Source of the DNA: a virus
Taxonomy: Duplodnaviria; Caudoviricetes
IMG/VR virus record: IMGVR_UViG_3300033417_000032
Span: 1 to 37,456 of that record
Length of the DNA stretch: 37,456 nt
Direction: 5' to 3' (one strand)
Every line of letters starts with the position of its first letter. The first letter of the stretch is position 1. Shown one piece after another: positions 7,960-17,144 of this stretch. Made by a program: the position numbers and the translations under genes. The notes beneath the pieces were generated by a model that worked only from the letters and a program-made list of their open reading frames with translations, searched no databases and was not told the origin of the DNA.

Positions 7960-10048
7960 TTCTGATGATAACTCTGACCTCATAAGGCAGATTAGCGAGA
8001 ATCTGAAAAGAGCGCGCGGACATTGGTCTAATTGGAGAAAACAGGCGACAGAGGACTATGACTTCTTTGCCGGCAACCAATGGACAGAGGAAGAAGTAGC
8101 GAAGCTCAAAGAAAAGGGGCGTCCTCCTGTCGTATTCAACCGCATTATACGCACAATCAATTCTGTTGCCGGCGTTGAATTACAGAATAGGCAGGAGGTT
8201 AAGTATTATCCGCGCAAAATATCAATTGATAACGATCAGGACGCGCAGCCTCAGGGTCAAATGCAAGGCCAACCGCAACCACAGCAGCAACCGACAACAA
8301 ATGATTCTGGCTTTTCTGACATGCTCAACAGCGCAGCTAGTTGGGTTCGTGAGCAGAATAACTCAGAGGATGAAGAATCAGAGGCTTTTCTTGACTGCCT
8401 GATATGCGGAGTTGGTTTCACTGAACTGCGCATGGATTATGAAACAGACCCGCAAGGAATGATCATAAAAGACAGAATCGACCCTTTAAATATGGTTGTT
8501 GATCCAGATTCAACAAAGCGTAACTTTGAGGACGCAAAATGGATCGCTTGCGTCAAAGAGTTTGACATTAAAGAAGCCAGAAAGATGTTTCCCGATCTTG
8601 TATCAGACGATCAGGATTTGGCAACAGATGACGGCGATTTCCTTGTGCATGACCAGACTGAGGAATGGAAATATATTATCAATTATTCAGACAAACTGAA
8701 TAAAATAAATAAGGTAAAAATTTACCAATATCAGTATTACGTTGTGGAAAAGTCTTATGTCGTTTTTACGCCTGACGGTAATATCGTAAACATAAGCAGC
8801 AAAAAGTATAAAGTCGCGCAGCCATTCATTGAAATGATGGCATTAAAAGTTGTTCCGACAAAGATCAGGGTTTACAAGCAATTGTTCTTCTCCGGAAATA
8901 AAATCGCAGAAAAGTCTGACCTCGGATGTGAACACTTCACATTCAGAGCAATGACAGGAACAAGAGACAGAAATAATAATACCTATTTTGGCCTTGTCAC
9001 GATAATGAAAGACCCGCAGCGTTGGTCAAATAAATGGCTGTCTCAGATTCAGTTTATCCTTAACAGTAATTCAAAAGGCGGGATCATTGTTGAAGAAGAT
9101 GCAGTCGATGATATACGAGAGTTTGAAGATAACTGGACATCACCTGATGCGGTAACAAAGCTCAGGCCTGGCGGCCTTGGCAAGATCCAGCAGAAGCAGC
9201 CTTTGAATTACCCTGACGGGATTGACAGGCTTCTTAATTACGCAATTAACGCAATTAATGAAATCCCCGGAGTTAACCTTGAAATGATCGGTATGGCTAA
9301 TCGTGACCAGCCTATTGGCCTTGAAATGACAAGGAAGGACGCAGGTATCACTGTTCTTGCCACGTTCTTTGATTCATTGCGCCGTTACAGAAAGATTGAC
9401 GGGAAATTACTTGCATATTATATCCGTGAATATATCGCTGACGGTCGATTAATCAGGATCATTGGAGAGAACGGAAAAGAATATGTGCCTCTTATAAAGG
9501 ACAAGCTCGCGTTCCAGTACGATGTTTATGTCGATGATTCTCCAACAAGCCCGAACAGCAAAGACAAGCTGTTTGCCATTCTCATGCAGCTCATACCTCT
9601 GGCAATGCAAGCTCAGATACCGATTCCGCCAGAGATTCTGGATTACGCTCCATTGCCAAATGATTTCGTACAGAAATGGAAGAATCTTATTAAATTGCAA
9701 TCACAACCTGATCCAGAACAGCAGCAGATACAACAGAGCATGCAGCAGATTCAGCAGTTGCTTGCTCAACTCGATATTGCTCAGAAAGAGGCTAATATCC
9801 AGCTTACACAGTCTCAGGTTGCCAGAAATATATCCGGCGCTGAAAAGGATGCAGCCACAGCAAAGAATGAAACAGCATTGGCAATGGAAAAGACAGAAGG
9901 AATGGTCGCAGATAGGACTTTAAAAGCGCATGAGTCAACGCAGACGCAATACCGTGAAGACTTATCACTGGCACTTAACCAGATGATGAAACTGTTACAG
10001 TTACGTAAGAATATGAACAATTCACCCACTGGAAATCAAGGATATTGA
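7895..10048 (+). CDS. Portal protein (P22-like)
   Basis: DFFAGNQW, GRPPVVFNRI and MKDPQRWSNK motifs; about 700 aa with a Q-rich C-terminal barrel helix; follows TerL. Start codon uncertain. Confidence 0.9.
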   Translation: MMKTTDISNEKGLAISVRGQSDSDDNSDLIRQISENLKRARGHWSNWRKQATEDYDFFAGNQWTEEEVAKLKEKGRPPVVFNRIIRTINSVAGVELQNRQEVKYYPRKISIDNDQDAQPQGQMQGQPQPQQQPTTNDSGFSDMLNSAASWVREQNNSEDEESEAFLDCLICGVGFTELRMDYETDPQGMIIKDRIDPLNMVVDPDSTKRNFEDAKWIACVKEFDIKEARKMFPDLVSDDQDLATDDGDFLVHDQTEEWKYIINYSDKLNKINKVKIYQYQYYVVEKSYVVFTPDGNIVNISSKKYKVAQPFIEMMALKVVPTKIRVYKQLFFSGNKIAEKSDLGCEHFTFRAMTGTRDRNNNTYFGLVTIMKDPQRWSNKWLSQIQFILNSNSKGGIIVEEDAVDDIREFEDNWTSPDAVTKLRPGGLGKIQQKQPLNYPDGIDRLLNYAINAINEIPGVNLEMIGMANRDQPIGLEMTRKDAGITVLATFFDSLRRYRKIDGKLLAYYIREYIADGRLIRIIGENGKEYVPLIKDKLAFQYDVYVDDSPTSPNSKDKLFAILMQLIPLAMQAQIPIPPEILDYAPLPNDFVQKWKNLIKLQSQPDPEQQQIQQSMQQIQQLLAQLDIAQKEANIQLTQSQVARNISGAEKDAATAKNETALAMEKTEGMVADRTLKAHESTQTQYREDLSLALNQMMKLLQLRKNMNNSPTGNQGY

Positions 10049-10049
10049 T

Positions 10050-11057
10050 ATGACAAATGAAAATGAATCAATACAGAATTTATTCACGGAGTACTCTGAT
10101 AAAGAAACAGAGGATTTTTTCTCAAGCGGCGGGGAAACAGAACTACATGATGAAAGCAATGAATCAGGTGATACTCATGAAGAAAACCCGCAAGAAAATA
10201 AAATCGAAAATAATTCAGAAACTAATCAAGATGAATCCAGTGACGCTAATCGAGAGGAAGATAAAGGAAATGATGGAGAATCAGAAGATGCGCAGAAGGC
10301 AGAAACTGATAGCGAGCGTCTTAGAGCAATGGCAGCCGAAGAAAGAATCAAAAGAAAAGAAGTCCAGAAGCAAATAGAGCAGCTTACAAAGGAAAACGAA
10401 CAGTTAAGAAACACATTCACTCAGATTGTTTCAAGCAGTCAGAAAGACGCAAAAGAACAGGCACCTTCTTTTGAGGATGATCCTATCGGTGCGCTTAAGC
10501 ATGAGAACGAACAGCTTAAAAAGCAGTTTAGTGAATTAAGCAATTTCCGAGACCAGACTATTCAGGAAAGAGATCTATCAAGAAAAGAACAGATGTTCAT
10601 GCAGAGTTATCGTGGACACGTTCAGGAATTTACTCAGTCAAATCCTGATTTCCATGACGCCTATCAATTCCTCCTGCAGAACAGGAAGGCTGAATATGAA
10701 ATGGCTGGATATTCAGAAAATGACGTCAACCAGTTGCTGCATGAAGATGAGGCTGCAATTGTTGCCAATGCAATGAAGAATGAAAGAAACCCGGCAGAAA
10801 CAATATATCAGCTTGCTAAATTGCGTGGGTATGCCGTTAAAGCGAACCAAAAGAATCATGAATCTGACAAACAAACGAAGATCAAAGAGAACGAGAAAAA
10901 GATCCATAATCTTGAACGGGGCATGGCAGCCAGCCGGTCGATCAATGCAGCGGGTGGTTCTAATGCTCGGAATAATTTGACGCTGGAGGACGTTGCTGAT
11001 ATGTCAGAAGACGAGATCGGAAGCGTTGACTGGGAACAGCTTATGCGCTCTGGTTAA
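10050..11057 (+). CDS. Capsid scaffolding protein
   Basis: Acidic N-terminus and coiled coils; lies between portal and capsid. Confidence 0.78.
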   Translation: MTNENESIQNLFTEYSDKETEDFFSSGGETELHDESNESGDTHEENPQENKIENNSETNQDESSDANREEDKGNDGESEDAQKAETDSERLRAMAAEERIKRKEVQKQIEQLTKENEQLRNTFTQIVSSSQKDAKEQAPSFEDDPIGALKHENEQLKKQFSELSNFRDQTIQERDLSRKEQMFMQSYRGHVQEFTQSNPDFHDAYQFLLQNRKAEYEMAGYSENDVNQLLHEDEAAIVANAMKNERNPAETIYQLAKLRGYAVKANQKNHESDKQTKIKENEKKIHNLERGMAASRSINAAGGSNARNNLTLEDVADMSEDEIGSVDWEQLMRSG

Positions 11058-11082
11058 AATATAACCATCAGGAGATTAGCAA

Positions 11083-11127
11083 ATGAAAAAGAAAGGAAAA
11101 GTTGGAAAAGGTAAAAAAAAGTGCTAA
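11083..11127 (+). CDS. 14-aa lysine-rich micropeptide MKKKGKVGKGKKKC
   Basis: AGGAG RBS about 8 nt upstream of ATG 11083; TAA at 11125-11127; below the ORF-track length cutoff. Confidence 0.55.
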   Translation: MKKKGKVGKGKKKC

Positions 11128-11138
11128 ATTGACGTTAT

Positions 11139-11179
11139 TCGGGGTCGGTTTCCCTTCCTTGTCTGTAAACTGACCCCGA
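11139..11179 (+). other. Stable hairpin at the start of the capsid leader
   Basis: TCGGGGTCGGTTT (11139-51) pairs with AAACTGACCCCGA (11167-79), with one G-U pair; no U-tract follows. Confidence 0.7.
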
Positions 11180-11180
11180 T

Positions 11181-11323
11181 GCGCCCTGAATCGACGCTTA
11201 AAGATTCCCCGCTCCGGGTATGGCGTACAAGATACCCAATGCCACGCATGAGGCAATATTCATGCCCCGTTGATCCCAACGTTAGTGGGACGAAATCGCC
11301 GAGATACTGGCTGTAACAGTATC
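11181..11323 (+). ncRNA. Structured cis-element: five tandem H-type pseudoknots upstream of the capsid gene
   Basis: Five units of S1(3-5 bp)-2 nt-S2(4-6 bp)-S1'-short loop-S2', with different sequences but preserved pairing (details in findings). Confidence 0.7.
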
Positions 11324-11364
11324 AAACGTATTTTGTTGATATTAACCAATTGGAGATCATACGC

Positions 11365-12411
11365 ATGGCAACTACCGCTTATGGCGTTAATCATCCCTTA
11401 GCCGTCAAAGCATGGCGGAAAAAGCTATTTGTTGAAGCCCTGAAGCAGTGCTATTTCAACAAATTCATGGGAAAAGATGACCGCTCACCAGTACAGATTA
11501 TGGACGAGGTACAGAAAGGCCCAGGTGACAGAATCACCGTTGGTCTCAGAATGCAGTTATCCGGCGCCGGTGTTCTCGGTGACGGTACGCTGGAAGGCAA
11601 TGAAGAAGCCCTCACAACCTACAGCGACAACGTATTAATCAATCAGCTGCGACATGCCGTTCGTTCAGACGGTAAAATGTCAGAGCAGCGCGTTCCGTTC
11701 TCAATCCGTGAGCAAGCCAGAATGGGCTTACAGGACTGGTGGGCTGACCGTATTGATACCGCATTGTTTAACCAGTTAGCAGGTAATACAGCTCAGGCTG
11801 ATACTCGCTATACCGGCGGCAATGCAACCACGGCACCGTCAAGCAATAACATTTACTACGCAAACGGTCATGGTACAGAAGCTTCTGTTGCCTCTGCATC
11901 AGCCTCAAATATTTTCAAACTGTCCTTCCTTGATGTCGCAGTGGAAAAGGCCAAAACCCTTTCACCGCTGATCCGACCTGTCATGGTCAATGGGCAGCAG
12001 AAGTATATTGCTTTTCTGCACCCGTATCAGGTAACAGCCATGCGGCAAAACACCAGCACAGGTCAGTGGCTTGATATCGAAAAGGCGGCTATGGCTGGTA
12101 TGAACTCCTCAAAATCACCTATTTACACTGGTGCATTGGGCGAATATAACGGGGTCGTAATGCACGCTTCAACCCGTGTGCCTACAATTACTGCCGGTGT
12201 TTATAGGGCTATTGTTCTCGGGGCGCAGGCTGGAGCAATTGCTTTTGGTCAGAACAGTGGGCCCTCAAAAATGACATGGGTTGAGGAACTGTTTGATTAC
12301 GGAAACCAGCTCGGCGTTAGCGCGGGTATGATCTTCGGGGCGAAGAAAATGGTGTTTAATAGCCAGGACTTCGGGACTATCGTGATTGCAACCTACGCTG
12401 CTGCATCTTAA
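11365..12411 (+). CDS. Major capsid protein (N4-gp56 / DUF4043-like)
   Basis: KGPGDRITVGL, LEGNEEAL, INQLRHAV, GALGEYNGV and EELFDYGN motifs; GGAG RBS before ATG 11365. Confidence 0.92.
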   Translation: MATTAYGVNHPLAVKAWRKKLFVEALKQCYFNKFMGKDDRSPVQIMDEVQKGPGDRITVGLRMQLSGAGVLGDGTLEGNEEALTTYSDNVLINQLRHAVRSDGKMSEQRVPFSIREQARMGLQDWWADRIDTALFNQLAGNTAQADTRYTGGNATTAPSSNNIYYANGHGTEASVASASASNIFKLSFLDVAVEKAKTLSPLIRPVMVNGQQKYIAFLHPYQVTAMRQNTSTGQWLDIEKAAMAGMNSSKSPIYTGALGEYNGVVMHASTRVPTITAGVYRAIVLGAQAGAIAFGQNSGPSKMTWVEELFDYGNQLGVSAGMIFGAKKMVFNSQDFGTIVIATYAAAS

Positions 12412-12426
12412 TAAAGGGGGTCTATC

Positions 12427-12861
12427 ATGCCTATTACCGAAACTTCGTCTGCCTATTTATCCGGGCCACGTGATGTCCATGTGGGTCGTTTTGATCAGGC
12501 TATGATTCACACTGTAGCTGCGACTGCCTCTGCATCCGCGAATGCGCTTGTGGTTCTCGGCCAGAAGGTACAGAACGGTCTGTATATCATGGGAATTGAG
12601 GGGTATCACACATCAGGAGCTGATACTGCTCCTGTTGATATTGGACTTGATGCGGACTTATCAGTTTTTGCGACACAGAAAACACAGGGTGTAAACTTTG
12701 TGCCTTCAAACGCAAAAGCTGGTGTTTTCCCGTATTTGGTATCAATTACAGATACAGCAAATCCTCAGTACTCTGTTGTTAAATACGGAGTGAGCGCTGG
12801 TACGAATACAACCGGGATTATATTCAAGTACAACATTATGATTAACCGGAACCCGTACTGA
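12427..12861 (+). CDS. Putative capsid decoration/cement protein
   Basis: Directly after the capsid gene and before the terminator; beta-rich composition. Confidence 0.6.
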   Translation: MPITETSSAYLSGPRDVHVGRFDQAMIHTVAATASASANALVVLGQKVQNGLYIMGIEGYHTSGADTAPVDIGLDADLSVFATQKTQGVNFVPSNAKAGVFPYLVSITDTANPQYSVVKYGVSAGTNTTGIIFKYNIMINRNPY

Positions 12862-12889
12862 TTTGTATAGTTAGTAGCCAGAGAATCAG

Positions 12890-12927
12890 AAAAAAGCCCG
12901 ACTTGATGATTCAGGTTGGGTTTTTTT
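12890..12927 (+). terminator. Intrinsic terminator after the capsid operon (possibly bidirectional)
   Basis: A-run, stem GCCCGACTTGA/TCAGGTTGGGT with G-U pairs, then a T-run. Confidence 0.8.
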
Positions 12928-12934
12928 CTAAACG

Positions 12935-14425
12935 ATGGATGTTAAACGGATAATGGAAACAAAAATGATAATTTCAGGAACTGAGCTTTATCACAAATGC
13001 CTTGAAGTTTTACAGAAGCCTCGCCCTACCCGCCTTGAGTTAGACAAAGTATTTCACGACTTAAACCTTATGCTTCAAACTTCATTTACTGAAGATGATG
13101 AAAATATCGCCACCCTTTGGTTCTCAATAGGTACCTGCCTGAATAAAATGGGCCGTACTGTAATGGCTTTATCATGCTTTGAAGAAGCACTTAAAACGAA
13201 ACCAGATTTTATCGAGGCAATAAATAATATCGGGTACGTTTACAAGAAATTGAATCATCATCAAAGAGCGTTGGAGAATTTTAAAAAGGTTATCGATTTA
13301 ATAGAATCAAAACCAAACTCCGACATTTATGATTCAAAAACCAAATCAGAATTTTATACTAATTATGGTTCTATGTTTGTATGCAACGGAACCCCTGAAA
13401 AAGCGATTGAGATATTCAATAAAGGCGATGTATTGAATCCTGAAAACCTCCAGAATAAATACAATAAAGGTTTAGCACAGCTTGAAACCGGAGATTATGA
13501 AAACGGTTTTATTGGTTATGACCTTGGAGACAGGAAAGAAAAAACAAGCGCAAGAAATTACACAATTGATAACCTTCCATACTGGGACGGAACTCCCGGA
13601 AAAAATGTCGTTGTAATTGGCGAGCAGGGAATTGGTGATGAATTGATGTTTGGAACAATTATTCCAGACCTTATGAAAGACTGCAATGTCGTTATTGATG
13701 CGCACCCAAGGCTAGCAGATATGTTTCGCAGAAGTTTCCCAACGATTGATGTCTATGGCACGAGGAAGTCTCCAAATTATGGATGGGGTAGTCGTTATAA
13801 ATTTGATGCAAAAGTCCTTATTGGCTCCCTTGCTCAATTTTACAGGAAGAATGAGGGAGACTTCCCAAAGGTTCCATATCTTGCAGTTAATGAACAATAT
13901 AACGAGAGATACGGAAAAAGACTTTCATTGCTTGGTGAAAAGCCAAAAATAGGAATCAGTTGGCGCGGAGGTACAAAGCAGACCGGTCAAAATAACAGGT
14001 ACATTCCACTTGAAGAATGGCTTCCTATACTTGGAATGGATTGTGATTTTATTAGCCTACAATATGATCATGATATAAAAAAAGATGTCGATGAGTTTTG
14101 CGAAAAAAACAAGGTAATGATACACCACTGGCCAGAAATGCTAGAAGATTATGAGCAAACAGCAGCACTTGTGAATAACCTTGATTTAATAATATCTGTA
14201 CCGCAAAGCGTAATTCACTTGTCGGGGGTTATTGGAAATACAATCACATGGCAGATATGCCCAGTTAAGTCTCTCTGGCAGGGCGGAGTATATGGACATG
14301 ATATGCCATGGTACGCAAATGTAAGCAATATCTGGCAAGGAAAAAATGATATTGGCTGGAAACAAACAATGGAAACAATAAAGGATAAGTTATGCATCTT
14401 ATTACAGATGAATACAGAAAATTAA
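12935..14425 (+). CDS. TPR-repeat protein with C-terminal GT-B (GT9-like) glycosyltransferase domain
   Basis: N-terminal TPRs (EALKTKPDFIEAINNIGYVY); EQGIGDELMF, KIGISWRGG, FISLQY and TAALVNNLDLIISV motifs of TPR-GT proteins. Confidence 0.85.
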   Translation: MDVKRIMETKMIISGTELYHKCLEVLQKPRPTRLELDKVFHDLNLMLQTSFTEDDENIATLWFSIGTCLNKMGRTVMALSCFEEALKTKPDFIEAINNIGYVYKKLNHHQRALENFKKVIDLIESKPNSDIYDSKTKSEFYTNYGSMFVCNGTPEKAIEIFNKGDVLNPENLQNKYNKGLAQLETGDYENGFIGYDLGDRKEKTSARNYTIDNLPYWDGTPGKNVVVIGEQGIGDELMFGTIIPDLMKDCNVVIDAHPRLADMFRRSFPTIDVYGTRKSPNYGWGSRYKFDAKVLIGSLAQFYRKNEGDFPKVPYLAVNEQYNERYGKRLSLLGEKPKIGISWRGGTKQTGQNNRYIPLEEWLPILGMDCDFISLQYDHDIKKDVDEFCEKNKVMIHHWPEMLEDYEQTAALVNNLDLIISVPQSVIHLSGVIGNTITWQICPVKSLWQGGVYGHDMPWYANVSNIWQGKNDIGWKQTMETIKDKLCILLQMNTEN

Positions 14426-14976
14426 ACGAGAACCTCCATAACCATAACCAATACTATGGTTCACACGGCCATTGGTTCGCTGATGAAGTGCTAAGGCTAT
14501 GCAGAAAATTTGATACAACTGACGTTCTTGACTATGGGTGCGGAAAATCAACGCTATCTGATTCTTTACCATTTATTATTAAAAGATACGACCCTGCAAT
14601 ACGTGCTTTTCATGAAGATCCTGACCCTTCTGATATAGTTGTCTGTACAGATGTCCTTGAGCATATTGAGCCTGAATTGCTTGAAAATGTCCTGAAACAT
14701 ATTCAGGCAAAAACAAGAAAATTAGCTTATTTTTCTGTTTGCACTATTCCAGCCGGAAAGAAACTAGAAGATGGCAGAAATGCACATATTTGTTTGAAAT
14801 CAGGCATTGAATGGTTTAACAAACTTTCCGAGTATTTCAATATTATAAATTATGCAAGAGCTGGTGATAATTTCTTTATTCTTTGTTTACATAAAGGAAT
14901 GATCATTAAACGAGAAAGAAACGAACAAGGTGAAAAGGAAAGTCAGTTGCAGGAGGGTTCTTATAATGAGCAATGA
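14392..14976 (+). CDS. Class I SAM-dependent methyltransferase (sugar/small-molecule type)
   Basis: VLDYGCGKS (motif I), YDPA and DIVVCTDVLEHI; no DNA-MTase catalytic motifs. Confidence 0.85.
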   Translation: MHLITDEYRKLNENLHNHNQYYGSHGHWFADEVLRLCRKFDTTDVLDYGCGKSTLSDSLPFIIKRYDPAIRAFHEDPDPSDIVVCTDVLEHIEPELLENVLKHIQAKTRKLAYFSVCTIPAGKKLEDGRNAHICLKSGIEWFNKLSEYFNIINYARAGDNFFILCLHKGMIIKRERNEQGEKESQLQEGSYNEQ

Positions 14977-15658
14977 ACCATTAAGAGTTTTTATTGGATA
15001 TGATTATAGACAGCCTGTCAGTTTTCATGTGCTTGTACAGTCTATTATGAGGCACGCAACAAAGCCTGTTTCGATCACACCAATCATGCTTAACCAGCTT
15101 CCGTTTACCAGAGTCGGTTTAACGCCATTCACATTCTCCCGTTTCCTTACCCCTTGGCTTTGTGATTTCAATGGTTGGGCTTTATTCCTTGATATCGATA
15201 TTGCCCTGAATGACGACATTGCCAAGTTATTTGCCATGAAAGACGACAAATACACGGTAATGGTTTCAAAGAACAAAATCGAGTTTGAATGGGCAAGCGT
15301 CATGCTTTTCAATTGCGAGAAAAACACCATCTTAACCCCTGAATACTGCTCATCGGCTCAGGGAATGCACGGCATTAAATGGTGTGCTCCAGATGAAATT
15401 GGCGACCTCCCGAACGACTGGAATCATCTTGTAGGCTACGACAAGCCCCGTCAGGACGCGAAGTTGATCCATTACACACAAGGTGTGCCCTGTTTCCCGG
15501 AAACGGCAGACTCTGAATATTCAGGCTATTGGATGGACATACACAAGAGCATCAACTCGGCTTTTCCTTGGGTCGAGTTAATGGGCAATTCAAAGCATTC
15601 TCTCAAAGATTTAGAAGGCCGCATTGTTCCGAGATACAAACTGGAGCCGCCACAATGA
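14966..15658 (+). CDS. GT-A glycosyltransferase (GT8-like)
   Basis: RVFIGYD, TPFTFSRFLTPWL, LFLDID (DxD), WASVMLFN, WNHLVGY and LIHYTQG; GGAGG RBS before ATG 14966. Confidence 0.85.
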   Translation: MSNEPLRVFIGYDYRQPVSFHVLVQSIMRHATKPVSITPIMLNQLPFTRVGLTPFTFSRFLTPWLCDFNGWALFLDIDIALNDDIAKLFAMKDDKYTVMVSKNKIEFEWASVMLFNCEKNTILTPEYCSSAQGMHGIKWCAPDEIGDLPNDWNHLVGYDKPRQDAKLIHYTQGVPCFPETADSEYSGYWMDIHKSINSAFPWVELMGNSKHSLKDLEGRIVPRYKLEPPQ

Positions 15659-16146
15659 TTATTCAGGGCAAAGTTTGGGGTCATACGACCCCTTTATTCG
15701 ACATGAACAATGTGGAACTGCACATTGCAGAGGTGAAGAAGGGCGGATATTGCTCAAAACATGCTCATGCCCACAAATACAATCGCTTTATTGTCCTCAA
15801 AGGAAAACTGAGAGTTATCATCTGGAAAGAGTACAATAACAGGACACTGGAAGATATCAGCATTCTCGGCGCTTCACAGGAATGCACTGTCGGGCCAGGT
15901 GATTTCCACAAATTTGAGGCTTTAGAGGATACCACTGTACTTGAAGTATACTGGGTGGAACTCAAGAAAGATGACATTATTCGGAAAGACCACGGGGGAT
16001 TAGTCGATGAGACGAAGGCAATTACTACAAGCGCAGAGTCAGGCGACTACGGTTACGGCTCCGCAAATTGTGGACTCAGAAAAGCCGTCATGCACGACAA
16101 TATCACCCCCTATGCCCACACTCCCTATTTTGGTTCAGACAGTTAA
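15655..16146 (+). CDS. Cupin-domain protein (sugar isomerase-like)
   Basis: KVWG, CSKHAHAHK and VGPGDFHKFEALED cupin motifs; ATGA-coupled to the glycosyltransferase. Confidence 0.8.
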   Translation: MIIQGKVWGHTTPLFDMNNVELHIAEVKKGGYCSKHAHAHKYNRFIVLKGKLRVIIWKEYNNRTLEDISILGASQECTVGPGDFHKFEALEDTTVLEVYWVELKKDDIIRKDHGGLVDETKAITTSAESGDYGYGSANCGLRKAVMHDNITPYAHTPYFGSDS

Positions 16147-16279
16147 AGAGAGTAAAGATTCGAATTTAGTCGAGTTTAAAAAGGAAGATGGATTTAAGAA
16201 GAAAGGGATAAAGTGTCTTTTTTGTAATGAAACAATTTCTCCAAGGGAATATAAATCTCATAGGAAGAAGTGCAAATGA
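16007..16279 (+). CDS. Hypothetical protein with C-terminal C2HC zinc-finger-like motif
   Basis: CLFC...HRKKC; its stop is ATGA-coupled to the next gene; overlaps the cupin tail by 140 nt. Confidence 0.5.
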   Translation: MRRRQLLQAQSQATTVTAPQIVDSEKPSCTTISPPMPTLPILVQTVKESKDSNLVEFKKEDGFKKKGIKCLFCNETISPREYKSHRKKCK

Positions 16280-16902
16280 CAACATTCGCCACGCTCAGGT
16301 CAAATGTCGCAACCTATATAAATAGGACGGATCAAAATACCAATATCAATCTTGCGATTAACAGAGCTATCAGTTATTACGCAAGAAAGAACGGCTTTTG
16401 GTTTAATGAAACAACAGGCACATTCGTAACTGTTGCCTCACAAGCGAGTTATGGAACTGGTGATGGCGTACCTTCTCTGATTGAAAAAATACTTGATGCG
16501 ACAATTACAGTAACAGCCAATACAGTCGAAGTGTTAACGAAAAGAACTTTAGATTATATCCTTTCTCATAATATCGGTCAGGTTACTGGCACATCAACAG
16601 ACTACACATATTTTCAAAACAAAATTTATTTATCTTTGATTCCAGATGCCGTTTACACGATTACTCTGTATTACAGAAAAGGTTACGCAGACCTTTCTGC
16701 AGATGCTGATACAAACGATTTCACAAACAATGCAGAAGATCTGATTGAATCCCGAGCAGCATGGTTCATTTATTCAAACATTCTGTATAACGAACAGAGA
16801 GCAAGCGCAATGAAGGAGAAAGAGCTTGATGCTCTGTCTGCTTTATTGAAAAACACTCATAACCTCACAGGTTCAGGGAAGGTGGTACCTACGGAATATT
16901 AA
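16276..16902 (+). CDS. Head-tail adaptor-like protein
   Basis: TFATLRSNVATYINR N-terminal helix, typical size and position for podovirus adaptors. Confidence 0.65.
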   Translation: MTTFATLRSNVATYINRTDQNTNINLAINRAISYYARKNGFWFNETTGTFVTVASQASYGTGDGVPSLIEKILDATITVTANTVEVLTKRTLDYILSHNIGQVTGTSTDYTYFQNKIYLSLIPDAVYTITLYYRKGYADLSADADTNDFTNNAEDLIESRAAWFIYSNILYNEQRASAMKEKELDALSALLKNTHNLTGSGKVVPTEY

Positions 16903-16903
16903 A

Positions 16904-17140
16904 ATGACCAACCAGCCAAAGATTGATTTATTATGGAAAATGTCAAGGGTCTTTGAACTGTGCAATAAGATGTTCAAGGAAGAATTCAAGTATTTTTATA
17001 CGGCTCGAAAAGAGGAATTCAGAGACTGGATCAACCAGAAGACCGGATGCCATGAAGATCACATGATTGATAAAGACAAAGCATGTGACGAATGGATGGA
17101 AAAACTGGAATTAATTTATAAACACAAATTCAGGAAGTGA
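16904..17140 (+). CDS. Hypothetical protein
   Basis: Tightly packed 78-aa ORF. Confidence 0.55.
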   Translation: MTNQPKIDLLWKMSRVFELCNKMFKEEFKYFYTARKEEFRDWINQKTGCHEDHMIDKDKACDEWMEKLELIYKHKFRK

Positions 17141-17144
17141 AAAA

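Noticed and set aside
8230-8302. Gln/Pro-rich insertion in the portal as an intein or intron
   Set aside because: Only about 24 aa, in frame, with no splicing motifs; most likely a flexible loop.
11068-11256. Minus-strand 62-aa ORF in the scaffold-capsid gap
   Set aside because: Antisense to the late operon with no motif; the region is better explained by the micropeptide and RNA structure.
14392-14976. Methyltransferase as the DNA C5-MTase partner of the TET enzyme
   Set aside because: It has the DYGCG / DVLEH pattern of small-molecule and sugar methyltransferases and lacks the PC and ENV motifs.
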